Shown: piece by piece, positions 10,549 through 19,010 of the stretch
Layout: every line of letters begins with the position of its first letter
How positions within the stretch are numbered: the stretch's first letter is position 1
NCBI RefSeq assembly: GCF_006345805.1
Contig: NW_021824372.1
Coordinates: forward strand, 1-19,022
Source of the DNA: Octopus sinensis
Lineage: Eukaryota
Direction of reading: 5' to 3'
DNA: 19,022 nt
Translations under genes and position numbers: made by a program
The notes under the pieces: model-generated
Database searches by the model: none
Told to the model about the DNA's origin: nothing
The model's input: only the letters and a program-made list of their open reading frames with translations

Positions 10549-11120
10549 ATGTCGGAGGGTGGGAAAAAAGACTTAGTGACCGATGCCAAGTCGTTTTGCG
10601 ACAGTCTCGGCAATGTTTTCGTCGTGAAGAAGCGAGATGCTCAAAGTCGACATCTTCTGAATCAAGCCAAATGTCTGATCGAATCGTTGCTGGAGGAGAA
10701 CCAGCGGCTGTCGTCGGTCGGTGGCACGCCCCGCGTGAAGCGCAGCGGGGGCAGCATGGGTCAACTGTGGATGAAACTGGATGAAATGAAACGCGAAAAC
10801 GAAGAACTGAAGCGGCAGCTGGGCAAGTCTCATGATGAACGTCCTGCGGTGAATAAATCGCAGGGTCCCGGGGAGGTCATCATAGCCGAGATGCACAAAA
10901 CCAAGGCCGAGAACGTCAGTTTGAAAAGTGAACTGGATAAAATTCAGAAAACCTTGCAGGAGATGAATATGATAAACACAAACTTGCAGGACGAATACAA
11001 GCGATTGAGGATCGCTTTGGACACGGCCAACCAATCGCTGGAACATTCTCGATGCGAATATAAAAGTCTGGAAAACAGCCTCACGAATGCGAAAAAGGAA
11101 AATGAATTGCTCAAACAACG
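10549..11120 (+). CDS. Coding exon A of a coiled-coil, Mieap/SPATA18-like protein (exon starts at 10526)
   Basis: Acceptor TCTTTTCGTTTTAG ends at 10525. ATG at 10549 in AAGATGT context. 190 codons plus CG, heptad-rich (LDEMKRENEELKRQL; LKSELDKIQKTLQEM...LENSLTNAKKENELLKQ). Donor CG|GTAAGT at 11121, phase 2. Confidence 0.9.
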
Positions 11121-11140
11121 GTAAGTCTTCGATTCCTACG

Positions 11141-11473
11141 TATCTCTTATCTTGTACTTGCCTCAGTCGTTGACCTGCGGTCATACTGGAGCACCATCTG
11201 GGAAGGCTTTCATCGAAAAGATCGCCTCACTACTTATTTAGTTTTTAAATCTGGTAGGTATTCTATGAAAGTGTCGGGTTCGCTTGGCAACATCCCTGGT
11301 CAAGTGATGGGAAGGTACAAAGGCAAACAGACACGTGATGCACTTCTACATTGCTTCCGTCTACCAAATTCGCTCACAAGGCATTGGTCAACCCAGGGTC
11401 TAGTCGAAGACACTTGCCACGAGGTTCTACCTGGTGGCAAAGCGAGTTTCTTAACTCCCCACGCCTTGCACCT
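11141..11473 (-). mobile_element. Antisense SINE (family C head plus body) at the start of intron 1
   Basis: 11340-11473 (CTTCTACATTGCTTCCGTCTACC...GAAGACACTTGCC) is a reverse-complement homolog of 6713-6860. 11141-11310 resembles the associated 3' body (from recall). Confidence 0.6.
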
Positions 11474-11756
11474 ATAAATTTACAATATCCTTTCTATCTT
11501 GTTGTTGTTGTTGTTATTGGTTTCAGTCACAATCTTAGTCTTTGTGTTAAGTCTTCTGTTATAATTCCATTGACATCTCAGGTAATATATTCGAATACTA
11601 ACCCTACCCAAGTATTTCTTTTATTGACTCCGGACGGATGAAAGGCTGGTCCTATGTTTGTCCTCATTCATCAGACCTACAATCCAACGCATTCCATCGG
11701 TGACCAGCCTGCGTTTCTATTTTCTAGACATCGTATACCCTAAATAACATTACCCA

Positions 11757-11757
<1 letters not shown>

Positions 11758-11809
<52 letters not shown>
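11758..11809. repeat. (TA)n microsatellite
   Basis: Direct reading. Confidence 0.97.
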
Positions 11810-11814
<5 letters not shown>

Positions 11815-12302
11815 GTTAGACGTATGATTTTCAGATCTAGCTGTTATTTCGGCCGACTACTTAGAGGGTCCCTCGTTGATTAATTATAAATTACTAACAT
11901 AGAGAAGGGGAGCATGTAGCACAATTTTTAGCTCATCTTTGGTTTTTCGGCAGAAAGCCTACAAATGAATGTTGCGGTCCTATATGTAACAAACTCTCAT
12001 TGTGTTCCTGTGTTCTAGTATGACCCCTTAATCTTGAGATATCCCCCCAAAGACTTGTAAATCTATGATGCTCCCTCCCTCTCTGCTACAGATCTTTCCT
12101 GCCCATCTCCAGATTTCGTTACAAATTCCCTCTCAACACATGGCTATGATGCTCCCCCACTACTTCTGCTCATGATCAGAGATGTACATATCGTCAGCCA
12201 CTAAGGGACATGCTCGACTGGTTATGGTCAAACAACTGACAAGCAAATCTGTGGTATTGAGCAGAATATTTGCTGTAGCCCATTTTTTATTATTATTATT
12301 AT

Positions 12303-12355
<53 letters not shown>

Positions 12356-12358
<3 letters not shown>

Positions 12359-13507
12359 TAGTTTTATATTTATATCGTGCTTTCACTTCACTACCGAGCG
12401 CAGCTCTGTGTGCCTTGGGTATTTGCCGTGGTTTGCTGTGATGCTCTTATGGTTACCGTATTGAGAGTGTTTTGCGTAGGATGTGTGTAGTGCCCAGTAG
12501 TGCAATTTTCTGTATGTTATGTATATTTGTAAGTCCTGGTATTTTTGTTATGTATTTGTCTGAATATTTTTTTATCATATCTAATGCACCCACTATGATA
12601 GGAATTGTTTCTGTTTTTAGATTCCACATACGAGTTACCTCTATTTCCAGGTCTTTGTATTTTGAAAGTTTCTCCATTTCTTTTAGAGAAACGTTGTCAT
12701 CAATTAGAAAGCATTTTTTTCTTCATGATCTCTGACAACTATTTTAAAAAATTCTTCAGTCTCTACTTTGAGTCCTGAGCTTCTCAACCATTGTTGGGAT
12801 TTTTCTTTGTCTATTTCTTTTGCGTTTAGTTTAGCCCAGTATTTGCCATGCAGGGGCTTTTCTTGCCATCGTTTTATCAAGGTCCGTTGCTGTTCTAGTT
12901 TTAGTTTGGATTTCATTTGTTTAATAGCTTTTGTCGTTTCTTCTTGTTCTTCATATTTGTTAGGTAGTATGACTTCTTGTTTGTATTTGTCAGCTTCCTT
13001 AAATACTGAAAACAGTATTTTGTTTTGCTCGTGTTTTGAGGCTATTTGTATTAGTTTTCCTTGCTTCTGAAGTAGGTATTTTTGCTTCTGAAGTGGTTAT
13101 TTTATAATAGTTTTCCAGCTGCATAAGGCCTCTACCACCTTCTATACGTTGTACATATAGCCTTTCTATGTCAGATTTTGGGTGGTGCATCCAAGATCCT
13201 GTCATTATTTTTCTTGTTTTCCTGTCTATTTTGGTTAGTTCATTTAGTGCCCAGTTAAGTGTAACTTATAACTGGGACGGCTAGAGTGTTGATACCTATT
13301 ATCTTGTTTTTAGCATTGAGCTCTGTTTTCAGTATTGAACTAACTTGTCTATAGTATTCTTTCTTTATTTTCTCTTTCATTTGTGTGTGTTTTATCGTAT
13401 CTAGTTCATTGATTCCTAAATATTTGTATGTCTGGCTTTGGTCTAATTCTCTTATTTCATTGGCTTTATCTAGTGTGATTTTGCCACTCTTAACTAGTTT
13501 TCCTCTT
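12356..13507 (-). mobile_element. 5'-truncated, internally deleted R4/Dong-type (RLE) non-LTR retrotransposon, copy 1
   Basis: Minus strand gives YKYLG...GINTLAVPVISY, MHHPKSDIERLYVQRIEGGRGL, WQEKPLHGKY...WLRSSGLK and EKLSKYKDLEIEVTRMW...PIIVGAL...IQKIALLGTTHILRKTL. The CCHC region is missing at a junction near 12740. (TTA)n on both sides (about 12288-12355 and 13508-13584). Confidence 0.88.
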
Positions 13508-13596
13508 TATTATTATTGTTATTATAATTATATATGTTATTATTATTGTTATTATTGTTGTTGTTGTTGTTATTATTATTATTACCTGTCTTTCAG

Positions 13597-13807
13597 GTTG
13601 TCCAGTAGTCCTGCGAAACCACCAATAGCTGCGAGGAGAGATAACCGTCAAGTGGAGAACATCAACGAGCAATGTCGGCCGTCGATTGTGGCCAGGAAGT
13701 ATGACAGGTTGGAAAGCCAAGAGTGGTTGGATGCCAAAGAGAGTCTTGAAGACACGACCAACAGAGATGAAGAGGAGATTGTCAAGTTCCTCTGTTTCAT
13801 GCTCATG
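13597..13807 (+). CDS. Coding exon B of the Mieap/SPATA18-like protein
   Basis: Acceptor CCTGTCTTTCAG ends at 13596; the first G completes CGG (phase match with exon A). Encodes LSSSPAKPPIAARRDNRQVENINEQCRPSIVARKYDRLESQEWLDAKESLEDTTNRDEEEIVKFLCFMLM. Donor ATG|GTATGA at 13808, phase 0. Confidence 0.92.
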
Positions 13808-13962
13808 GTATGACTCGAAATAAATGTTTCCTCTTTCTATGTTGAGACACAAAACTAAACCATTTCTACTCACAACAGAAACGCACAAGTTCTAACGTGG
13901 TCTTTCGATTTGCTAGACATGGCATCTATTATCCCTCAAATTCCACTCTACAAGTTGTTTAA

Positions 13963-14146
13963 CCGTTTTCTTACCATATTTCTCTTGAAGTTCATTCACA
14001 TCGTTTCAATTAATTTAGAAACTTTTGAAGAATTTAGTAAAATGACGTCATTGTTCAGCTGACGTTTGGAATTAACGTGGAATTTTGGTTGAGATTATTT
14101 CAAAGTAGGAAGATTATATCATGAGGGCAGGGCGGTCTCAAGGGGG
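13963..14146. mobile_element. piggyBac-like MITE remnant nested in the old dispersed repeat
   Basis: TTAA|CCGTTT...AAGGGGG|CTAA termini (degenerate TTAA-CCC...GGG-TTAA) with an AT-rich interior. The flanks join into one copy of the dispersed repeat. Confidence 0.5.
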
Positions 14147-14591
14147 CTAAAATAAAATACATCGGATAACGACATCGGGGTGCATAGTACGGGGAAACAG
14201 TTGAGACAGCCATGGTTGGAATGTCCTCCTTGATTCAGAGCGTCTATTTAATTGGGGTTAAGCAACAATAACAACAAAACATTCTCAACAAGGCATTCAA
14301 TAAATTAACATAAAATGCATCAGATGAAGAACAGCGCCCTCTACCTCTATTAACTGACCAACCAACTGACCACGGGATCACTCATCGTTTTAGAAATAGC
14401 AGTCAGAATCTCCCTATGTCACATTTTCGATAATGTAGTCCTAGATAGACTATGTAGGAAAAAATAAAGAAAGGACAGGGTGAACATAGCTGGAACACTT
14501 CCATCATAGGTCGGCGCGATTAAAGCTGAAAAGCTGAGCTGAGGTTGCTGAACCAGACCGACGACGACGACGACGACGACTTAGAATACGG

Positions 14592-14639
14592 CCACATGTG
14601 GGATTTGGTGTGATCCCACATGTGGGATTTGGTGTAATC
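14592..14639. repeat. 24-nt tandem duplication containing a palindrome
   Basis: CCACATGTGGGATTTGGTGTGATC then CCACATGTGGGATTTGGTGTAATC. Confidence 0.92.
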
Positions 14640-14673
14640 TGGTGATAATGATAATTATTATAATTATAATAAT

Positions 14674-14836
14674 ACTCATTCTACAGAAAGTTTGTCTCTT
14701 GGGTAGAGCAAGGATTAACAGGAAGGTTCTAAGCATTTGAAAGGGTGCCGAAAGCTTGTGGATACCTAAGGTTACAGGTAGTAACCCGCTGCCTACATAA
14801 ATCCTACCAGGAATAAGACCAAACCTGGGCCAAACC
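14674..14836 (+). mobile_element. Extreme 3' fragment of an R4/Dong-type LINE, copy 2
   Basis: From 14681 reads LQKVCLLGRARINRKVLSI*, homologous to the C-termini of copies 1 and 3. Followed by a short 3' UTR and (TAA)n at 14837-14862; degenerate TAA tract on the 5' side. Confidence 0.8.
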
Positions 14837-15169
14837 AATAATAATAATAATAATAATAATAATTGGTTACAAGAGTCCATACGTTCAAAACAAAGCGTAT
14901 CATATCAAAGGGTTTACAAAGCATGTGGTAATGTAAGCACACACACACAAATTTGTTGGGAGACACCTCTGTGATCACTTCGTCTGGTTTTCGTTTCAAA
15001 AGCTCGTTGCACACGATTTCACGCGCTGTACTTGATAGAGCAGACATCTTGTCTCACGTTGGCCAGGGCTCCTTCCAACTTCTCGATCAAAAAGCATACG
15101 GCAGCCTTTCTCTGTTTGTTGCTGTTGTTGTTGTTACTATTATTATTTTTATTACAGTTGTTATTATTC

Positions 15170-16360
15170 ATATACTCACAACAGATTAGACTTTTGGAAA
15201 AGAAAAGAATCCTAACAACAGGTAACCTTAGATGCCAAGAACCCTCCTAAGTATCCTAGCTGTCCCTAATAACACTGTTTTCTGGATCTCTACTAAACTG
15301 GATTTTATGCCTATTTCCTCTATCCATCTATTCAGATATTTAGGGATAGTTCCTTATGCACCTATAACCACTGGGATACAGTTTACCCACTCTTTCCATA
15401 GTCTCTGTAACCCAATGCCTAGGTCCTGATACTTTACTATTTCCTCTATACCTCTCATATTGATCTTTTCATCATTTGGGACTGTAAAGTCAATTATCTG
15501 CCACTTTCTATTCTCTTTATCTGCTACTACTAAATCAGGCCTTCTAGCTTCTATTACTCTGTCAGTCTGAATGTTAAAGTCCCACAACATCTTGTATTTC
15601 TTACTTTCTTGTACTTTACTAGGTTCATGTTCATACCATTTATCAGTATGTTCAAATCCTAGCTTTCTACAGTGGATTACTCTCCCTAAGTTGTCATGTC
15701 TTTTCTTGTATTCTTTCAGTGCCAGCGTGCTACATTCACCTACTAAATGAGTAACATTTTCCTCTGTTGATTTGCATAATCTACATTGGAAATCTACTCG
15801 GTTTTTGTCTATCTTAGCTTTTATCCGATTACTCCTTAATGCTTGATTTTGTGCAGCTACTAACAAACTTTCTGTCTCCCTCTTCAGCTTTCCCTTCTGC
15901 AGCCATAACCATGTCTCACTACCGGTCAGATAACTTCTGTTCTTTTTCTGATTTTAAAGTTCGTTTTGGTGTTTTGGTTTCCATGTCTTGCTGTGATTCT
16001 AGCAACTTTCTTCACTATTGCCTAAATAGGAGTCTATAGCTACTCCAGCTATAGACTCCACGCAGTCTTCCACTGATATTAACCCTCTTTCACCTTCCTT
16101 TCTAGGTAGGTATAATCTTGCTAGTCCTGCCCTTAGCTGGAGTCCTAGTTCTTCTGTCTAGCTTTGCTAATTCAGTTTTTTCCAATCTACAAATACTGCT
16201 GAGTGTCTAAGTAATGATACTCCCCAAATATTTATAGTCTCCACTAAATTCGGACCATTTAGATTTCATTCACTTCTTCACCCTTCTGATATACTCCTAA
16301 ATTTTCGCTTCCATTTCTGTAGTTAGTACTCTGTCAGATTCTAATACTCCTAGATACTTT
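15170..16360 (-). mobile_element. 5'-truncated R4/Dong-type (RLE) non-LTR retrotransposon, copy 3
   Basis: KYLGVLE at the 5' end. ORF 15354..15866 has AAQNQAL, a CCHC knuckle (CRLC...HLVGEC), RHD, LWDF and the RLE motif RPDLV...IID...KY. C-terminus IQKTVLLGTARILRRVLGI*. Degenerate (TTA/TTG)n at the 3' flank. Confidence 0.92.
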
Positions 16361-16398
16361 CGCCCGGATGTTTTGCGTTCTTGTCCCATTTGTATTTT

Positions 16399-16401
<3 letters not shown>

Positions 16402-16458
<57 letters not shown>

Positions 16459-16470
16459 ATATATATATAT
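16402..16470. repeat. (TA)n microsatellite (further TA/CA/CT/TG tracts at 17124-17200, 17423-17635 and 17785-17883)
   Basis: Direct reading; explains the YIYIYI and VCVCV ORFs. Confidence 0.95.
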
Positions 16471-16753
16471 ACTCACATACATACATACACACATGTACAT
16501 ATATACACGTACGTACATATATAATATGCATATGTGCAATGGATACATGTCCCTTGTTCCTTTTGTTTATTTGTGAAAAACAAATCACTTCAAAGTTTGT
16601 TGTGTCGTTTGGATTCTCTAGAAAAAGCAAGTGGAAGCAATCGAGTTTTCATTAGAGAAAGAGAAATTCATCTTCCGAACATTCACGAAGACATTTTCAA
16701 TGATGAGGTACTTAAAAAGAAAAAGCCATCATGAATATAATAGACACAGATTA

Positions 16754-16818
16754 TGTCATCCGAGATCTGATGAGATGAGTCCGTCCTAAGTGACCACGAA
16801 ACTTTAAGTCGTATGGCA
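16754..16818 (+). ncRNA. Type I hammerhead ribozyme with intact catalytic core, intronic, sense to the host gene
   Basis: Stem I TGTCAT-[CCGAG bulge]-AT pairs with GT-ATGGCA; core CTGATGA 16767-16773; stem II G(a)TG(a)GTC / GACCAC with a 10-nt loop; GAAA 16798-16801; stem III ACT-tta-AGT; GUC triplet with cleavage after C16810. Confidence 0.75.
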
Positions 16819-16983
16819 CCGATTCAAACTGTTATTAAATAGTGAATGTGTGTGTGTGTGTGTGCAAATATATGCACCAGATAGATAGATAGATTTATAT
16901 ATTTCAACATGTGATCTCTTAAGCACCACCAGCTCAAATATTGTCTCCTCTGTCTTCCCTTCTTGGGATCTTTCCTTCTCCTT

Positions 16984-17018
16984 GTTTCCGACGAAAGATT
17001 CCGCTCGAAACGTTAAAC
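16984..17018 (+). ncRNA. Minimal Penelope-type hammerhead motif, degenerate
   Basis: Stem I GTTT/AAAC; core CCGACGA (U4C variant) 16988-16994; weak stem II (AAGATTCCGCTC); GAAA 17007-17010; loopless palindromic stem III ACGT; GUU triplet with cleavage after 17014. Confidence 0.55.
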
Positions 17019-17119
17019 CGTCCCTCCCTTCTTTCCTGTGCGTCAATAATACTTTAATTGTTCCACGTCCTGCGTTGCTGTGTTTTTTCTCTTTTTTTCT
17101 GTGTTTTCTTGTTTGGAAT

Positions 17120-17185
<66 letters not shown>

Positions 17186-17419
17186 TATATACACACACAC
17201 AGACAGAATCATACATACATACAACCAAACATTCTGTATACAATCTGTGCTCATTTATTTCCTGTTCCTATGTAATATTTGTAACAATCTTATTTATGAA
17301 ACGTTTATCTAATAAATGCGATCACAAGAAGGAATCTTGCAACGTTTTTCCATTGGTTGAAACGCATCTTCAAATATTTTCTTAATCATATTTGAAGTTA
17401 ATCATCAAAATGCATTCAT

Positions 17420-17454
<35 letters not shown>

Positions 17455-17596
17455 ACACACACACACACACACATACGCACATACACACATACATATACAC
17501 AAGCATATATACATACATACGTGTATGCACAAAGATTAGACAGATTACACTCATAATTTTGTATATGATATATATATATATATATATTAAAGTATG

Positions 17597-17628
<32 letters not shown>

Positions 17629-17660
17629 CACACGCGCACACCGTTTTTTCTCTTCAACAG

Positions 17661-17741
17661 AATGTCTACCAAGCCTCGCAAATTGTCTACGAAAATCTCG
17701 AGGAGACAATATCGACTCTACTCAAGCATCCTACTCGAAGC
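17661..17741 (+). CDS. Coding exon C of the Mieap/SPATA18-like protein
   Basis: Acceptor TTTTTTCTCTTCAACAG ends at 17660. 81 nt encoding NVYQASQIVYENLEETISTLLKHPTRS. Donor AGC|GTGAGT at 17742. Phase 0-0. Confidence 0.88.
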
Positions 17742-17795
17742 GTGAGTATCTACTCCATCCATAAAAAGCATTCACTCGTTTTCATCTCTCTCTCT

Positions 17796-17863
<68 letters not shown>

Positions 17864-17883
17864 GTGTGTGTGTGTGTGTGTGT

Positions 17884-18175
17884 GAAGGCGCATGGCTCAG
17901 TGGTTAAAGCGTCGAGCTTACGATCGTGAGGCTGTGAGTTCGAATCCCGGACCGGGCTGCGTGTTGTGTTCTTGAGCAAGACACTTTATTTCACGTTGTT
18001 CCAGTTCGCTCAGCTGTAGAAATGAGTTACGACGTCAGAGATACCAAGCTGTATCGGCCCCTTTGCCTTACCCTTGGATAACATCGGTGGCGTGGAGAGG
18101 GGCGGCCGGTATGCATGGGCGACTGTTGGTCTTCCATAAACAGCCTAGCCCGGACTTGTGCCTCGCACGGCAATC
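17884..18175 (+). mobile_element. tRNA-derived SINE, family B copy 2
   Basis: A-box TGGCTCAGTGG 17893-17903, B-box GTTCGAATCCC 17938-17948. Colinear with 2611-2780 and extends further 3'. Confidence 0.88.
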
Positions 18176-18189
18176 TATGTTCCCAATTA

Positions 18190-18544
18190 ATCTCGGAGCA
18201 GAATCTCCTCAGAAACTGGAATACATCTTGTCCCTTGTCTGATTCGGGAGCTGCAGCTCAGGCTGTTTGGCCATGTTGCTCGACTTTCCGAGTTCGAGCC
18301 TGCTTACCAGGATTTCTTTACTGAGGATCTGGCTGGGCTAACGGATTGCGTTGGTTGAACACACGCTACACGGTCACGGCAAATGAGAAGGTCTCCCGTG
18401 GAAATGAGGACTCAGTGGCACTCTGCTCTACTTGTAGACCGGGAGAACCCGTGAGCACCTGGGAATATATCGGCAACTGGTGAATGCAGTAACGCGCTGC
18501 AACGGCGCATCATCCCACCCTTTTCCCCATCTGACCTGACCTGA
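18190..18544 (+). mobile_element. 3' remnant of an RTE-clade LINE
   Basis: Frame reading ETGIHLVPCLIRELQLRLFGHVARLSEFEPAY matches the RTE C-terminal LRxFGHVxR motif. Ends in a short tandem tail CTGACCTGACCTGA (18531-18544). Confidence 0.75.
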
Positions 18545-18887
18545 AAGTCTGTTCCTAATCTGATTCTTCAAATATTTCGCACCATTCAGCAGGAAGTGAT
18601 TAATCGTTAGGCATCACAGGACCACCGCCTAAGGGTTCTTCATTTATGCCTTTCATATTTTGCTTATTCTTTGAATCTAATGTTTGTCAACTATTTTGAC
18701 TCTAATTAATGTCAAATGTCCCACAAATGGACGAGTTTTATTTATTGCTCTCATAATTGAAATCCCGCCAATCAAAGCCCGCGCGATGTCGTCAGACAAA
18801 GACTTAAGCGAAAAAAGAGGGGTGGGCTTAGATTTTATCCATGTCTAATCACCATCTTATTACTTCTTCTTCTTCTTCTTCCGACAG

Positions 18888-19010
18888 GATGCAGTCGGCC
18901 ATAACGGCCTACCCCCCGGGAAAGCGGAGCTCTCGGAAGACATAAAAGATGAAATTTTAATGGCACTGCGACGGAATTATGAGGAGATCGAGACGACGGC
19001 CATTGTAAAT
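18888..19010 (+). CDS. Coding exon D of the Mieap/SPATA18-like protein (gene continues beyond the window)
   Basis: Acceptor (CTT)n-CCGACAG ends at 18887. 123 nt encoding DAVGHNGLPPGKAELSEDIKDEILMALRRNYEEIETTAIVN. Donor AAT|GTGAGT at 19011. Phase 0-0. Confidence 0.88.

Noticed and set aside
10573-11184. 203-aa minus-strand ORF
   Set aside because: Antisense shadow of coding exon A; no recognisable motifs or splice context.
16297-17885. Many ORFs with YIYI, VCVC, THTH or poly-L runs (also at 17-274, 2741-3106, 3626-3862, 6123-6326, 10087-10351)
   Set aside because: Translations of microsatellites. Only the 17661-17741 part is a real exon, and the end of 16297..16548 is LINE-derived.
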